Shown: piece by piece, positions 1 through 10,177 of the stretch
Layout: every line of letters begins with the position of its first letter
How positions within the stretch are numbered: position 1 is the stretch's first letter
NCBI GenBank assembly: GCA_016185845.1
Contig: JACPMV010000022.1
Coordinates: forward strand, 1 to 44,937
Source of the DNA: Candidatus Woesearchaeota archaeon
GTDB taxonomy: Archaea; Nanobdellota; Nanobdellia; Woesearchaeales; GW2011-AR4
Reading direction: 5' to 3'
DNA: 44,937 bases
Program-made: the position numbers and the translations under genes
The notes under the pieces: model-generated
Databases searched by the model: none
What the model saw: the letters and a program-made list of their open reading frames with translations, nothing else
What the model was told of the DNA's origin: nothing

Positions 1-9
1 TCTGTCTTT

Positions 10-222
10 ATGGAAATTATATATACCTTGCATGCCAATGAGCAGATTAATGAACGAAAACTATCCAAGGTTTGGATTGAAGAAACAATTAAATCACCGG
101 ATGAAATAAGGCATAAAGGGCATAAGCACTATGCAACAAAGAAACTGAATGGAAATACGCTAAGGGTAGTGTATGTAAAAGAAAACTATATAAAGGTAAT
201 AACCTCTTATTTTATAAAATGA
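10..222 (+). CDS. DUF4258-like (RelE-fold) toxin
   Basis: 70 aa, IIYTLHANEQINER...LRVVYVKE..IKVITSY pattern; overlaps a DUF2283-like gene by 4 nt. Confidence 0.7.
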   Translation: MEIIYTLHANEQINERKLSKVWIEETIKSPDEIRHKGHKHYATKKLNGNTLRVVYVKENYIKVITSYFIK

Positions 223-425
223 AAATAAAATATGACTCAGATGCGGATGCCATGTACCTCACTCTAAAAAGAGATAAAGTGGCGAGTACAAAGGAGATAG
301 ATGAAAATACTATACTTGATTTTGATAAGAATGGCGAGGTTATAGGGGTTGAGATATTGTTTGTGAAAGAGAGAAATCCAAATATCTTGAAAGAATTACA
401 GATTGAGAATCTTATTTCTGTTTAA
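219..425 (+). CDS. DUF2283-family protein (putative antitoxin)
   Basis: MKIKYDSDADAMYL...ILDFDKNGEVIGVEIL signature. Confidence 0.8.
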   Translation: MKIKYDSDADAMYLTLKRDKVASTKEIDENTILDFDKNGEVIGVEILFVKERNPNILKELQIENLISV

Positions 426-640
426 ATTTAATTATTTTCCTTATTGAAATTAAATAAAAATAGGATATTTTTTAATATATTCTATATTGAAAATAATTTG
501 ATTAAGATAAAAATTCGCCAAACGAATGTTTGACGAACTTTACAATTTACTTTCAATTTTTTCCATATAGTAAAAAATCCCAATAAGCAAATCCAAAACT
601 TTAAATATCGCGCTCCAATGCTTTTATCAAAGGGGTGCAC

Positions 641-1207
641 ATGCTCAGGCTAGGCATTTTAGCGTCAACAAGAGGAACAGATATGCAGGCCGTAATTGAC
701 GCTATAAGCTTAAAAAAGCTTAACGCAGTTATTTCTGCAGTAATCTCAAACAAGCAGGATGCTTATGCTCTGGAAAGGGCAAAAAATCATAAAATCAGGG
801 CTGTTTTTATTGATACAAAAGCCAGGACAAGAGAAGAATACGACAAGGAAGTTTCAAAAATTCTGGATAAAAACAATGCTGACCTTATTTTATTGATAGG
901 CTACATGCGCATCTTAAGCCCGTGGTTTGTAAAAAGATACAAAAACAGGATAATTAACATTCATCCGAGCCTGCTCCCAAAATATCCCGAAGAAAAAATA
1001 ACAGGAGCAACTTTGCATTTCGTTGACGAGTCTGTAGATGGAGGCCCAATCATAATGCAAAAGGAAGTAAAAATAGAGCAAAATGAAACTCCTGACACCT
1101 TAAAGGCAAAAGTCCAGAAGGCAGAGCAGGAAATCATTGTGAAAGCCATAGATTTATACGAAAAGGGAATGATTAAAATAAAAGGGCATGAGGTTTTAAT
1201 AAAATGA
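641..1207 (+). CDS. purN: Phosphoribosylglycinamide formyltransferase, with apparent internal in-frame deletion
   Basis: GILASTRGTDMQA, LIGYMRIL, INIHPSLLPKY, TGATLHFVDESVDGGPII; GGGGTG RBS before ATG 641. Confidence 0.9.
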   Translation: MLRLGILASTRGTDMQAVIDAISLKKLNAVISAVISNKQDAYALERAKNHKIRAVFIDTKARTREEYDKEVSKILDKNNADLILLIGYMRILSPWFVKRYKNRIINIHPSLLPKYPEEKITGATLHFVDESVDGGPIIMQKEVKIEQNETPDTLKAKVQKAEQEIIVKAIDLYEKGMIKIKGHEVLIK

Positions 1208-1626
1208 GGGAATATTTCATAGACCAGCCGGTGCAGTGGTATAAGGACAACAAGCTGATGATAGGGGTAGTACTTGTTGTGATAAGCTTCATACTCGGAT
1301 TTTGGGGAAAAGTGCTCATAGTGTCGGAATTATACAGGCCTGTTGAGCTGATGACTGGCATCTCAGTTTACGCTTTCAGCTGGATTTTGCTGTTCCTTGG
1401 CGCATTTATAGTTGGGTGGCGTACTGTCAGAAGAATACGGCAGAGGATAAACCATCATGTAAAAAAGACATACCATCATGCAAAAAGCCTTCCGGGAAAA
1501 GGATATGACCATGCAAAAAGGCTGCACAGGAAAGGCTACAATCATGCAAAAAATCTGCACAGAAAAAGCATGGACAGAATATCCACGGCATCAAAAACAA
1601 TTGCGGAAAAAATCAGGCAAAAATGA
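1204..1626 (+). CDS. Membrane protein (2 TM) with His/Lys-rich 11-aa repeats
   Basis: Two hydrophobic segments then YHHAK/YDHAK/YNHAK repeats; translationally coupled between purN and purH. Confidence 0.75.
   Translation: MREYFIDQPVQWYKDNKLMIGVVLVVISFILGFWGKVLIVSELYRPVELMTGISVYAFSWILLFLGAFIVGWRTVRRIRQRINHHVKKTYHHAKSLPGKGYDHAKRLHRKGYNHAKNLHRKSMDRISTASKTIAEKIRQK
1471..1569 (+). repeat. 3 x 33-bp imperfect in-frame tandem repeat
   Basis: Units start at 1471, 1504 and 1537; all contain CATGCAAAAA. Confidence 0.85.
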
Positions 1627-3152
1627 TCAAAACGGCATTAATTTCAGTCTCTGATAAAAACGGAATAGTTGAATTTGCAAGGGGATTAGCCAAACTGGGA
1701 GTAAAAATAATTTCAACAGGCAACACCGCAATGCTGCTTGAAAAAAATAATATAAAAGCAGAGCATGTTTCTGAAATAACTAAATTTCCTGAGATGCTGG
1801 ACGGAAGGGTCAAGTCAATCCACCCTAACATTTTTGCCGGAATTCTTGCGGACAGGAAAAACAAGAAGCACATGAATGAATTAAAAAAGCACAATATCGG
1901 CCTGATTGACCTGGTTGTTGTAAATTTTTATCCTTTTGAGGAAACAATAAGAAAAACAAACAAGACAAAGGAAATAATAGAAAATATCGACATTGGCGGC
2001 CCTTCTTTGGCGAGGGCGGCTGCAAAAAACCACCAGAATGCCCTTGTCGTTGTTGACCCTAAGGATTACGGCAGCGTCATTGACAAAATTAAAAATAAAA
2101 AAATCAGTAATGAATATAGGCAAATTCTTGCTGCAAAGGCATTCTCGCTGATAGCCCATTATGATTCATTGATAAGCTGGTATTTCAACGGCTTGGGAAA
2201 AAATGATTATCCGCAATTATTAAATTTAACATTCAGGAAGATACAGGATTTGAGGTATGGCGAGAACCCGCACCAGTCAGCCGCATTCTACAGGGATATT
2301 TTTACCGAGCAAGGGTTCGTTTCAACTGCAAGGCAATTGCACGGAAAGGAATTGTCGTACAACAACATTCTTGACATTGACGCGGCATTTGAGCTTGTTA
2401 AGGAATTTGAGAAGCCAAGCGCAGCTGTCATAAAACATACAAATCCAAGCGGAGCTGCGTCAGCTGAAAAAATAGAGGATGCTTACATTAAGGCCCATGA
2501 GGCAGACCCGAAATCCGCTTTTGGCTGCATTGTAGCTTTGAACAGGAACTGCAATGCTGAGATTGCAAAATACATGAAGCCGCTGTTTATTGAAGCTGTA
2601 ATCTGCCCAAAATTTGAGAAAGGCGCTTTGGAAATTTTAAAAGAAAAGAAGAATTTGAGGCTATTGGAGACGGGCTCGATAAAAAAATTAAAGACAAGGT
2701 ATGATTTGAGGAAAGTTACAGGCGGCTTATTGGCGCAGATAGAGCCCTATACAGAATTGAATGAAAAAAATCTTAAATTTGTAACTAAAAGAAAGCCGAC
2801 AAGAGAGGAGATAAAATCACTGATTTTTGCATGGAAGGTCAACAAGCACGTAAAGTCAAATTCCGTTGTTTTTGTAAAAAATGATGTCACGGTCGGCATA
2901 GGCGCAGGCCAGATGTCAAGAGTCGATGCAGTAAATCTTGCCATAATGAAAAATAAGGACAAGATAAAAGGCTCGGTGATGTCATCAGACGCATTTTTTC
3001 CATTCAGGGACGGAGTTGACCAGGCGGCAAAAGCAGGAGTGACCGCAATAATCCAGCCCGGCGGCTCAATTCGGGACAAGGAAGTCATTCAGGCTGCAGA
3101 TGAGCATGATATTGCTATGGTGTTTACAGGGATTAGATTGTTTAAGCATTAA
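1623..3152 (+). CDS. purH: Bifunctional AICAR transformylase/IMP cyclohydrolase
   Basis: ALISVSDK, GRVKSIHP, ENIDIGGPS, LRYGENPHQ, SDAFFPFRDG, IQPGGSIRD, RLFKH. Confidence 0.97.
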   Translation: MIKTALISVSDKNGIVEFARGLAKLGVKIISTGNTAMLLEKNNIKAEHVSEITKFPEMLDGRVKSIHPNIFAGILADRKNKKHMNELKKHNIGLIDLVVVNFYPFEETIRKTNKTKEIIENIDIGGPSLARAAAKNHQNALVVVDPKDYGSVIDKIKNKKISNEYRQILAAKAFSLIAHYDSLISWYFNGLGKNDYPQLLNLTFRKIQDLRYGENPHQSAAFYRDIFTEQGFVSTARQLHGKELSYNNILDIDAAFELVKEFEKPSAAVIKHTNPSGAASAEKIEDAYIKAHEADPKSAFGCIVALNRNCNAEIAKYMKPLFIEAVICPKFEKGALEILKEKKNLRLLETGSIKKLKTRYDLRKVTGGLLAQIEPYTELNEKNLKFVTKRKPTREEIKSLIFAWKVNKHVKSNSVVFVKNDVTVGIGAGQMSRVDAVNLAIMKNKDKIKGSVMSSDAFFPFRDGVDQAAKAGVTAIIQPGGSIRDKEVIQAADEHDIAMVFTGIRLFKH

Positions 3153-3226
3153 AGAAATTTTGATAACTTAACAGTTACTATTTTTAACAATATTAGAGAA
3201 ATATTTAAATAGAAATATGTTTCCCC

Positions 3227-4507
3227 ATGCTTATGGCTGGATCTTTTTCAAGAGAGCGTAGGGATTTCTTAACCAAAAGTGTACTTGCTACAGCAGCACC
3301 TCTTGTTGGCGCTCAGGCAGCAGAAGCACAGGCAGTGAATTCTGGCAGCACAAGAGTTTATCGAAGCGGTGAAACCATTGATGACAGAGTGGCTAAAATC
3401 TCGGTAGCTGGTTGGGGAATAACATATGACTGGAACGAAACCCTTGATTATCTAGGAAGAACCGGCAGGAAAGTAGACGTTGTTTTTAAAGCCGAAAAAA
3501 CTGTACCAGCTTTAGGTGATTTATTTGTTGGAGAAACTGCTTATAGGGACGGGAAAAGGTACGAAACATTTAGGGCGTTGCCAACTACAATTAACGATCG
3601 TGCATATGTTCACATTTTTGAGAGTGAAGGAGATAAGAATGATCCTTTTGACAACGCCAAAAATCGGATAGTAGCGGAAAGGGTTTATCCAGTTGCACTA
3701 GATTTTCATACTTCTGGTGATCCATTCCGAAGAACACTAGGGGGCCATACACCTAATCGAAATCATATAGCGATTTTTTCTGAAATTCCGCTTGATCAGG
3801 GTCTTCTTGGGAAAGTTTTGGAGTTGCATTCGCTATTTTCTGAATTGGGTTTTGCCCCCCCTATTTACATTGAAAATGCAACAGATCAAGGTATATTTCC
3901 TTCTTCAAGGAGTGATGGAATAAGAATTGCTTCTGCAGTAATGACATACGAAAAAGAAGGACTTGCAAAACTTTATGCGGAATTATCACGGCAATTGCCC
4001 GAGCAATTATTATGGAAGGATATAGATCCAAGGGCAAACACTAGATTAAGGGATATACACTCTAATTTGATGCAATCTGCCCAATTTGATAATAGTAAAT
4101 ATCAGGGTTTTGTCAATCCAGCCAATCGCATGACTGAAGAGCAGTGGAGAGACTATAAAGAAAAAGTTGCAGGAACCCCAACAGTGAAAATTTTTGATCT
4201 TGATAGTTATATCAAAGGGGATATAAACTTTAGAGTGGATTCTAGGTATCAATCAAACAGCATGTATTTTAGAGAAAGGGATTTGTTTGCGTCAGCAATG
4301 GCAGTTTTTAGATACTATCCAGAAGAATTCTTAGATAGATTTAGGAAAATGAATCCAACAGAGAGAGTTATGGTTTTCAATGTTGGCAATGCGGTATTAG
4401 ATTATTTAGCATCATTTGCAGGTGAAGGGGTAAGAGATCAATTAAAACTAACTGGAGTACTACCCTACTATCATGTAATAAAACAAGAATTAAATAAACC
4501 CAACTAA
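3227..4507 (+). CDS. Hypothetical protein with twin-arginine-like signal peptide
   Basis: 426-aa ORF; ERRDFL followed by an Ala-rich stretch ending AEA. Confidence 0.7.
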   Translation: MLMAGSFSRERRDFLTKSVLATAAPLVGAQAAEAQAVNSGSTRVYRSGETIDDRVAKISVAGWGITYDWNETLDYLGRTGRKVDVVFKAEKTVPALGDLFVGETAYRDGKRYETFRALPTTINDRAYVHIFESEGDKNDPFDNAKNRIVAERVYPVALDFHTSGDPFRRTLGGHTPNRNHIAIFSEIPLDQGLLGKVLELHSLFSELGFAPPIYIENATDQGIFPSSRSDGIRIASAVMTYEKEGLAKLYAELSRQLPEQLLWKDIDPRANTRLRDIHSNLMQSAQFDNSKYQGFVNPANRMTEEQWRDYKEKVAGTPTVKIFDLDSYIKGDINFRVDSRYQSNSMYFRERDLFASAMAVFRYYPEEFLDRFRKMNPTERVMVFNVGNAVLDYLASFAGEGVRDQLKLTGVLPYYHVIKQELNKPN

Positions 4508-4517
4508 CTTTGATTAT

Positions 4518-4895
4518 TTATTTCTCCAACCTTATCCTATAAATCCCGACACTTTCATAAACATCATCAGAGCTTATGATTTTATCCTCGCCGCAAAAAG
4601 AAGCGTGAAATGCATCAAAAACATTCAAGTTATATTTTTCTATATACAATGCAGCCCTCATGCAAACCGAGTAAGTTTCGCCATCAACGTCAATAATTTC
4701 AAAAATATGCGCAAATGTATTCATCGTGTTTACTTTAAATTTTTTGCACATAAGCGCCATTTCAATCATGACGGAAACCGAAGTCCTTATTTTACCTTTA
4801 TTCTCTTTTAGTATATTTACGGCATTTTCCTTAAGCCAGTCAGTATCTTTTACTAAGGCAAGAATAAAGTCAGTATCGGCGAACATGCCCGGCAC
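4518..4895 (-). CDS. PIN-domain (VapC) toxin
   Basis: FADTDFILAL, FDAFHA, IISSD acidic PIN motifs. Confidence 0.85.
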   Translation of the reverse strand: MPGMFADTDFILALVKDTDWLKENAVNILKENKGKIRTSVSVMIEMALMCKKFKVNTMNTFAHIFEIIDVDGETYSVCMRAALYIEKYNLNVFDAFHASFCGEDKIISSDDVYESVGIYRIRLEK

Positions 4896-5142
4896 CGGAA
4901 AAAGCTTCCTTTTCAGCCTCGTCTCTTGCTATTTTCTTAAGCTCAGCTATTGTATATTTGTCAATTCCGGCTTCCCTGCCGATTTTTGTAAGTTCTGCAA
5001 CAGGGTCTTTTGCTACCGGAACCAGCACAATCTCTTTTGGCGTGCCGATTACAGCAAACTTCTTTCCGTATTTATGCAGGAATTTTGTTCCCAAGACAAT
5101 TCTCCCTCTTTCGTCAGCCAATGCAGTTTTCATCTTAATCAC
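4870..5142 (-). CDS. AbrB/MazE-like antitoxin
   Basis: DERGRIVL N-terminal motif; overlaps the PIN gene. Confidence 0.75.
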   Translation of the reverse strand: MIKMKTALADERGRIVLGTKFLHKYGKKFAVIGTPKEIVLVPVAKDPVAELTKIGREAGIDKYTIAELKKIARDEAEKEAFSGAGHVRRY

Positions 5143-5237
5143 CTGTGGGAAAAATAGCTAATTTGCGGGTTTATAAATGTTTTGGTTATGGAAATCTTTA
5201 TAATATAGAAAAATATTGGCCTATTGAGGTGGATTTT

Positions 5238-5657
5238 ATGGCGCAGCCTGTAATAAACTATCTGGCAGTTTTGGCAGCGGCAGTTGCTTCTATTGTTTTG
5301 GGTTTTCTTTGGTACGGTCCGTTGTTTGGGAAAACATGGGCTCAATTGATGGGCTTTGACAAGAAGAAGATGGCAGAAGCCAAGAAAAAAGGCATGCCTC
5401 CGCAGACATGGGTAGTGATGGTTATAGGAACTTTGATTACCTCATACGTGCTTGCGCATTTTGTTGATTATCTTGATGCAGCAACTGTTGCAGGAGCTTT
5501 GCAGGCAGGATTCTGGCTCTGGCTCGGATTCATAGTGCCGGTGCAGCTTGGAATGGTGCTGTGGGAAGGAAAGCCGTGGAAATTATATTTCATTAATGTG
5601 GCTTATTACCTTGTGAATTTGTCTGTGATGGCGACAATACTTGTGCTGTGGGCTTAA
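5238..5657 (+). CDS. DUF1761-family membrane protein
   Basis: INYLAVLAAAVASIVLGFLWYGPLFGKTW; GAGGTGG RBS before ATG 5238. Confidence 0.85.
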   Translation: MAQPVINYLAVLAAAVASIVLGFLWYGPLFGKTWAQLMGFDKKKMAEAKKKGMPPQTWVVMVIGTLITSYVLAHFVDYLDAATVAGALQAGFWLWLGFIVPVQLGMVLWEGKPWKLYFINVAYYLVNLSVMATILVLWA

Positions 5658-5663
5658 GAAAAT

Positions 5664-6452
5664 TTAAATTTTAGGTGTGTTCTGGGCAAGCCACTTATGC
5701 CACTCCCTAACAGGTATTTGAGCAACGACATAACCGCATGCCGGGCTGCCAAGATAGACATCAAATCCGTGATTCATTCCTTTTAGCTGTATAAATGACG
5801 CAGCCATCTGTCCACGCTGAGTGCCTCTTAAATAAGACTCTACTTCGCGTCTCCTGAAGAGGCCTATTCTTGTTTTGTCTGAATGATTGTAAGCCTGAAA
5901 GTCAGCATCAGGATAATTCAAGCCCTGTAAATGTGAGAACAGCAACATCTCAGCAACATTTGCTTGGCTGCCATCGCCCAGAATTTCAAAGAAATTGTAA
6001 TTGGTATTGTGTCCTGGAAGAGAAGTAGCTGTTGGGTATTCTAAAATTACAAATCTTGCGACTTCTGTACTCGAATCTCTCCTGCCCCTAATCCTTAATT
6101 TTTGTGATTCATCTGGTGACAGAACTTGAACATACCCATTTAGTATTTTGCTGATATTGCCGGTGTCAAACGGATTATTTGGCTGATTCATAATATAAAG
6201 AACTACATCTCCATCCTCTATAGCATAGGCTACTGCATTGCCCCCCAAGATGTCTTTTCCACGCAACCTATGCGGACCAATAATTTGAGGCTCAGTATCT
6301 CGTTCCATCAGCAGAAATCTTGAATTGCCATTCATTCTTGCAGCCTGAACTTCCGAAGTTGTCAATAGCCACCGCTTTTGCAGGCTCTGGACAACAGGGG
6401 CATTTTCACTGCTTACAACCACAAGCCTTGACTCCAAATTATTTGCTGCCAT
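5664..6452 (-). CDS. Hypothetical protein
   Basis: Long ORF with no recognised motif; ATG 6452 chosen as start. Confidence 0.6.
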   Translation of the reverse strand: MAANNLESRLVVVSSENAPVVQSLQKRWLLTTSEVQAARMNGNSRFLLMERDTEPQIIGPHRLRGKDILGGNAVAYAIEDGDVVLYIMNQPNNPFDTGNISKILNGYVQVLSPDESQKLRIRGRRDSSTEVARFVILEYPTATSLPGHNTNYNFFEILGDGSQANVAEMLLFSHLQGLNYPDADFQAYNHSDKTRIGLFRRREVESYLRGTQRGQMAASFIQLKGMNHGFDVYLGSPACGYVVAQIPVREWHKWLAQNTPKI

Positions 6453-6530
6453 AACCCTGGAATTCAAGCACCATTCTTAAATATTTCCCCAAAAACCAAC
6501 CCTTATAAATATCTAAAATATTCCCTTTCT

Positions 6531-8411
6531 ATGCTATCCGAAGAGCTTCAAAAAGAGATTTATTTTCCTTATTCTAAAGTCAGGGATATTCAGTCCAATA
6601 TGATTTCTGATGTCTATAATTCAATAAATAACAAAAAGCACATAATAATGCACGCTCCAACAGGCATTGGCAAGACAATTTCCGCTTTGGCACCTGCGCT
6701 GTCATTTGCTATTAAAAATAATCTAACTATTTTTTTCCTGACATCAAGGCAAACCCAGCATAAGATTGTAGTGGATACTTTGAAACAAATAAAAGAAAAA
6801 TTCAACATAAGCTTTGAAGTCGCTGACTTGATAGGTAAAAAAGGAATGTGCCTGCAGAATGAAGTAAAATCCATGGGAAACGGCTATTTTCATGAATTCT
6901 GCAAGTCGCTGAGGGACAAGGATGAATGTGAATTTTACCTGAAATCAAGGCAAAAGAACGGCACAGCAACTTTTGAGGCAAAGCTTGCTCTCGAAGTTCT
7001 TAACCAAAAAAGCCCATGCAATGTGCAGGAATTTATAGAAGCTGGAAAAAAGAATGCAATGTGCCCCTACGAGCTTGCCATGCTCAACGCTGTCAGGGCA
7101 AAAGTGATAATTGCAGATTATTATTATATGTTTAACCATACTATCAGGGAAGGTTTTCTCATGAAAATTAACAAGGATCTGAAAGATGTTATTCTGGTGG
7201 TTGACGAGGCCCACAACCTTCCGAGAAGGATAAGGGAATCTTTAAGCCAGGAGACTTCCAGCAGCATAATAGAATTCGCAAAAAAAGAAGCCATGCGGCT
7301 TGATTATAAGGAAACATTTGATAATCTTGAAATAATTGAAAATACATTATTTGAAATTTCCAGGGAGTTATTGGAGATGGAAGGGGTGATAAGCAAGAAC
7401 GCATTTGTCGAAGCTGTAAATAAATACAGGAATTACGATGATATTGTTGCAGAGCTTATTTTTATCGGGGAAGATATAAGGGAGAAGCAGAAGAAAAGCT
7501 TTGTCCTGGGCGTTGCAAAATTTCTGGAGGCATGGCTGGGTTCTGACATAGGCTATGGAAGGATTCTGACCAAAGAAATTGCCGATAAAAAGCTTAAAAT
7601 CAGCCTGTCTTACAGGTGCCTTGACCCTTCACTTGCTGCAAAAGAAGTGATTGAAAAAAGCTACTCAACAATTCTCATGTCAGGCACTCTGACTCCGACA
7701 TCAATGTACAGGGATATTCTTGGCTTTAAGGATAACGCTGTTGAGAAAGAGTACAAGAGCCCTTTCCCTAAGAAAAACAGGTTAAACCTAATCATACCAA
7801 AAACAACCACAAAATTTGTTGAAAGAAGCACGAGGCAATATGCCGATATTGCGAAAGTCTGCGGGGATATTGTTAATTTAGTTGAGGGGAATGTTGCTAT
7901 ATTTTTCCCAAGCTATGATTTAATGCATAACATTAAGGAATTTATTTCCAAAGAAACCTCCAAGCCTACTTTTGCCGAAAAATCAGCAATGTCAAAGAAT
8001 GAAAAAGAATCTTTATTGGCAAATTTCAGAAACAAGCAGAATGGCGCAATACTTTTAGGCACTTCAACAGGCTCTTTTGGAGAGGGCATTGACATGCCAG
8101 GAGTCTTGCAGGCTGTCATAATTGTCGGCCTGCCTTTGAACAAGCCGGACATTGAGGCTAGGCTATTGATAGAATATTATGACGACAAGTACGGCAAGGG
8201 CTTTGAGTACGGATATGTGCTGCCAGCAATAACAAAATGTCTGCAAAATGCGGGAAGATGCATACGTTCAGAGACCGATAAAGGCGCAATCATTTTCCTT
8301 GATGAAAGGTATGCATGGCAGAACTATTACCAGTGCTTTCCCGATGAATGGGATATGGAAGTTGAGATGGATTATTTGGGAGTGTTGAAGGAGTTTGTAG
8401 ACAAAAAATAA
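6531..8411 (+). CDS. XPD/Rad3/DinG-family Fe-S DNA helicase
   Basis: APTGIGKT, Cys cluster ending CPYE, DEAH, MSGTL, QNAGRCIRS. Confidence 0.93.
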   Translation: MLSEELQKEIYFPYSKVRDIQSNMISDVYNSINNKKHIIMHAPTGIGKTISALAPALSFAIKNNLTIFFLTSRQTQHKIVVDTLKQIKEKFNISFEVADLIGKKGMCLQNEVKSMGNGYFHEFCKSLRDKDECEFYLKSRQKNGTATFEAKLALEVLNQKSPCNVQEFIEAGKKNAMCPYELAMLNAVRAKVIIADYYYMFNHTIREGFLMKINKDLKDVILVVDEAHNLPRRIRESLSQETSSSIIEFAKKEAMRLDYKETFDNLEIIENTLFEISRELLEMEGVISKNAFVEAVNKYRNYDDIVAELIFIGEDIREKQKKSFVLGVAKFLEAWLGSDIGYGRILTKEIADKKLKISLSYRCLDPSLAAKEVIEKSYSTILMSGTLTPTSMYRDILGFKDNAVEKEYKSPFPKKNRLNLIIPKTTTKFVERSTRQYADIAKVCGDIVNLVEGNVAIFFPSYDLMHNIKEFISKETSKPTFAEKSAMSKNEKESLLANFRNKQNGAILLGTSTGSFGEGIDMPGVLQAVIIVGLPLNKPDIEARLLIEYYDDKYGKGFEYGYVLPAITKCLQNAGRCIRSETDKGAIIFLDERYAWQNYYQCFPDEWDMEVEMDYLGVLKEFVDKK

Positions 8412-8978
8412 TTATTTTAACCTTACCCTATCCCATACAAAATGATTTATAATTGGATAAGATTCTACCAACCTTTCAATGGCCCTATGGTGCATTGATG
8501 GCAGTTGTTGTTCTAGATCAACTTCAAATTCTCTCATTAATGGTACTAAATCTTGTGGCAAGGGGCATACAGGACAAGGTGGCATACTCTTCTCAACTCT
8601 GAAATCCCCTTCGAAATATTCTGCAACTACATGGCAATAAGATGTCCAAAAGGCGAAATCGTTAGTAACCATATAACCCTCAGCTAATTCATGAACCATT
8701 AAGGCAACATTGGATAGTCTATCCCTTTGTTCCCATCTTAATCTATGCAGGTATAAAACACTAAAATCTTCCTGTACAAGCGCTCCTGCATCTGTTTCTT
8801 CACCATTGATAAATAGCCTATCTTCGAAAAGAAGACTAATCCAATCGAGATAATCATCAAATGCGCCAAAGAATTTATGATCTCTATCAAACATATAAGG
8901 CCTAGAGCCCTTTAACCATCTAGCTGCTTCCACTGCTTCATCGATAGAGCCAACTTTCAAGTTTATAGATTCTTGCAT
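8412..8978 (-). CDS. Hypothetical protein with HExxE motif and CPxCP
   Basis: 188-aa ORF; LMVHELAEG...CHVVAE, CPVCP. Confidence 0.55.
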   Translation of the reverse strand: MQESINLKVGSIDEAVEAARWLKGSRPYMFDRDHKFFGAFDDYLDWISLLFEDRLFINGEETDAGALVQEDFSVLYLHRLRWEQRDRLSNVALMVHELAEGYMVTNDFAFWTSYCHVVAEYFEGDFRVEKSMPPCPVCPLPQDLVPLMREFEVDLEQQLPSMHHRAIERLVESYPIINHFVWDRVRLK

Positions 8979-9097
8979 GTTACAAACTAATCATTATTAC
9001 ATTTAAAATCTATCTGTTCTCAATAATCAATATACCTTTCCCTATACTAGTATCTTAAATCGAAACATTTATATACTTGTTCTGATTCTTTATCTAA

Positions 9098-9508
9098 ATG
9101 GTTATCCTCTTTGACAGGTTTAACCTACCTGAAGATATATATGAAGTTGTTTTTGCGACAAAGCAGCAGATAATTGTTGCCAAACTGCTCATAGAGATGA
9201 TAAAGGACAATGGCGGCGAAATCGGGAAAACAGAGATGTCTTTGTTCGCGACCAAGCTTCATGAAGGCAGCTTAATAACTGATTTGATAGATGAACCTCC
9301 GTACAAGGGCAAGAAAGTCAAGGTTTCATACAACAAAAGGCAGTTTTACGACAGGATACTGACGCCAATGAAAAGCATGGGACTGATTGATTACGATCTT
9401 TACAAGAAGACCTACAAAATATCAGACAAGCTCAACAAGGACCTGCAGCATATAGGCCTGCTGTGGATAAGGGAGATGCGCAAGCCCCCCAAATCATTGG
9501 TAAGGTAA
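9098..9508 (+). CDS. Hypothetical protein, possible winged helix
   Basis: YNKRQFYDRILTPMKSMGLIDYDLYKKTYKIS resembles a wHTH wing; TTTATATA upstream. Confidence 0.7.
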   Translation: MVILFDRFNLPEDIYEVVFATKQQIIVAKLLIEMIKDNGGEIGKTEMSLFATKLHEGSLITDLIDEPPYKGKKVKVSYNKRQFYDRILTPMKSMGLIDYDLYKKTYKISDKLNKDLQHIGLLWIREMRKPPKSLVR

Positions 9509-9768
9509 ATTTAATATTAATGAATAATAGGCGAGCCCGAGTGTCTGGCAGACAACGAGGGCAAGCACAAAATATTGTGCCGAAGGCACAGATTGAATAA
9601 AAAAGACCCAATTATAAGTAATAAAACAAAGAGGTGCAAAAACTCAGTCTCTTCATTGGCCCCCTCACTAAGTTCTTCTCAAACCACCCCCACGTATAAA
9701 CCCAAAGAGCGGGGCCAACCCTTTTTCAAAAGGTTATTTGGGTTAAAATCAGTTTTGCTTTTTTTAAG

Positions 9769-10125
9769 ATGAATAAACACAACCTGTCCCACAAAGATCT
9801 TGTAAAGCTTGGATTGCATGAATCCTCCCATGGGCGTTCTTTGAGCCAGATTGAGGCAGATTTCCACAGAATGGGCATAGACAGGAATGATTCTATCAGG
9901 GCCCTTAATGATCTAGATTCTCTGAAGAAAATTGAAGAGAGGAAAGCTGCCAGTGAACATCATGCTAAACCTGATAATAAGGGTGAACATACAAAAGAAG
10001 CTGCCGGCAAAAATAAGTCCAGTTTCCTGTTTTGGATTTTAGTTTTGTTAATTCTGCTGGGAATCGGGTATCTGTTCTATGAAGGGATGCTGAGCCTTGA
10101 AATCCTCGGCATAAATCTTAAATAA
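9769..10125 (+). CDS. Hypothetical protein with C-terminal TM
   Basis: 118 aa, hydrophobic FLFWILVLLILLGIGYLF. Confidence 0.65.
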   Translation: MNKHNLSHKDLVKLGLHESSHGRSLSQIEADFHRMGIDRNDSIRALNDLDSLKKIEERKAASEHHAKPDNKGEHTKEAAGKNKSSFLFWILVLLILLGIGYLFYEGMLSLEILGINLK

Positions 10126-10177
10126 ATCAGGCTTTTGAATAACTTATTAAACATTCTTAGATTACTTGTTTCTTCTG

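Noticed and set aside
510-541. 14-bp hairpin between the toxin-antitoxin pair and purN
   Set aside because: A single copy lacking the GCRYGC core of the two-arm element; no function can be supported.
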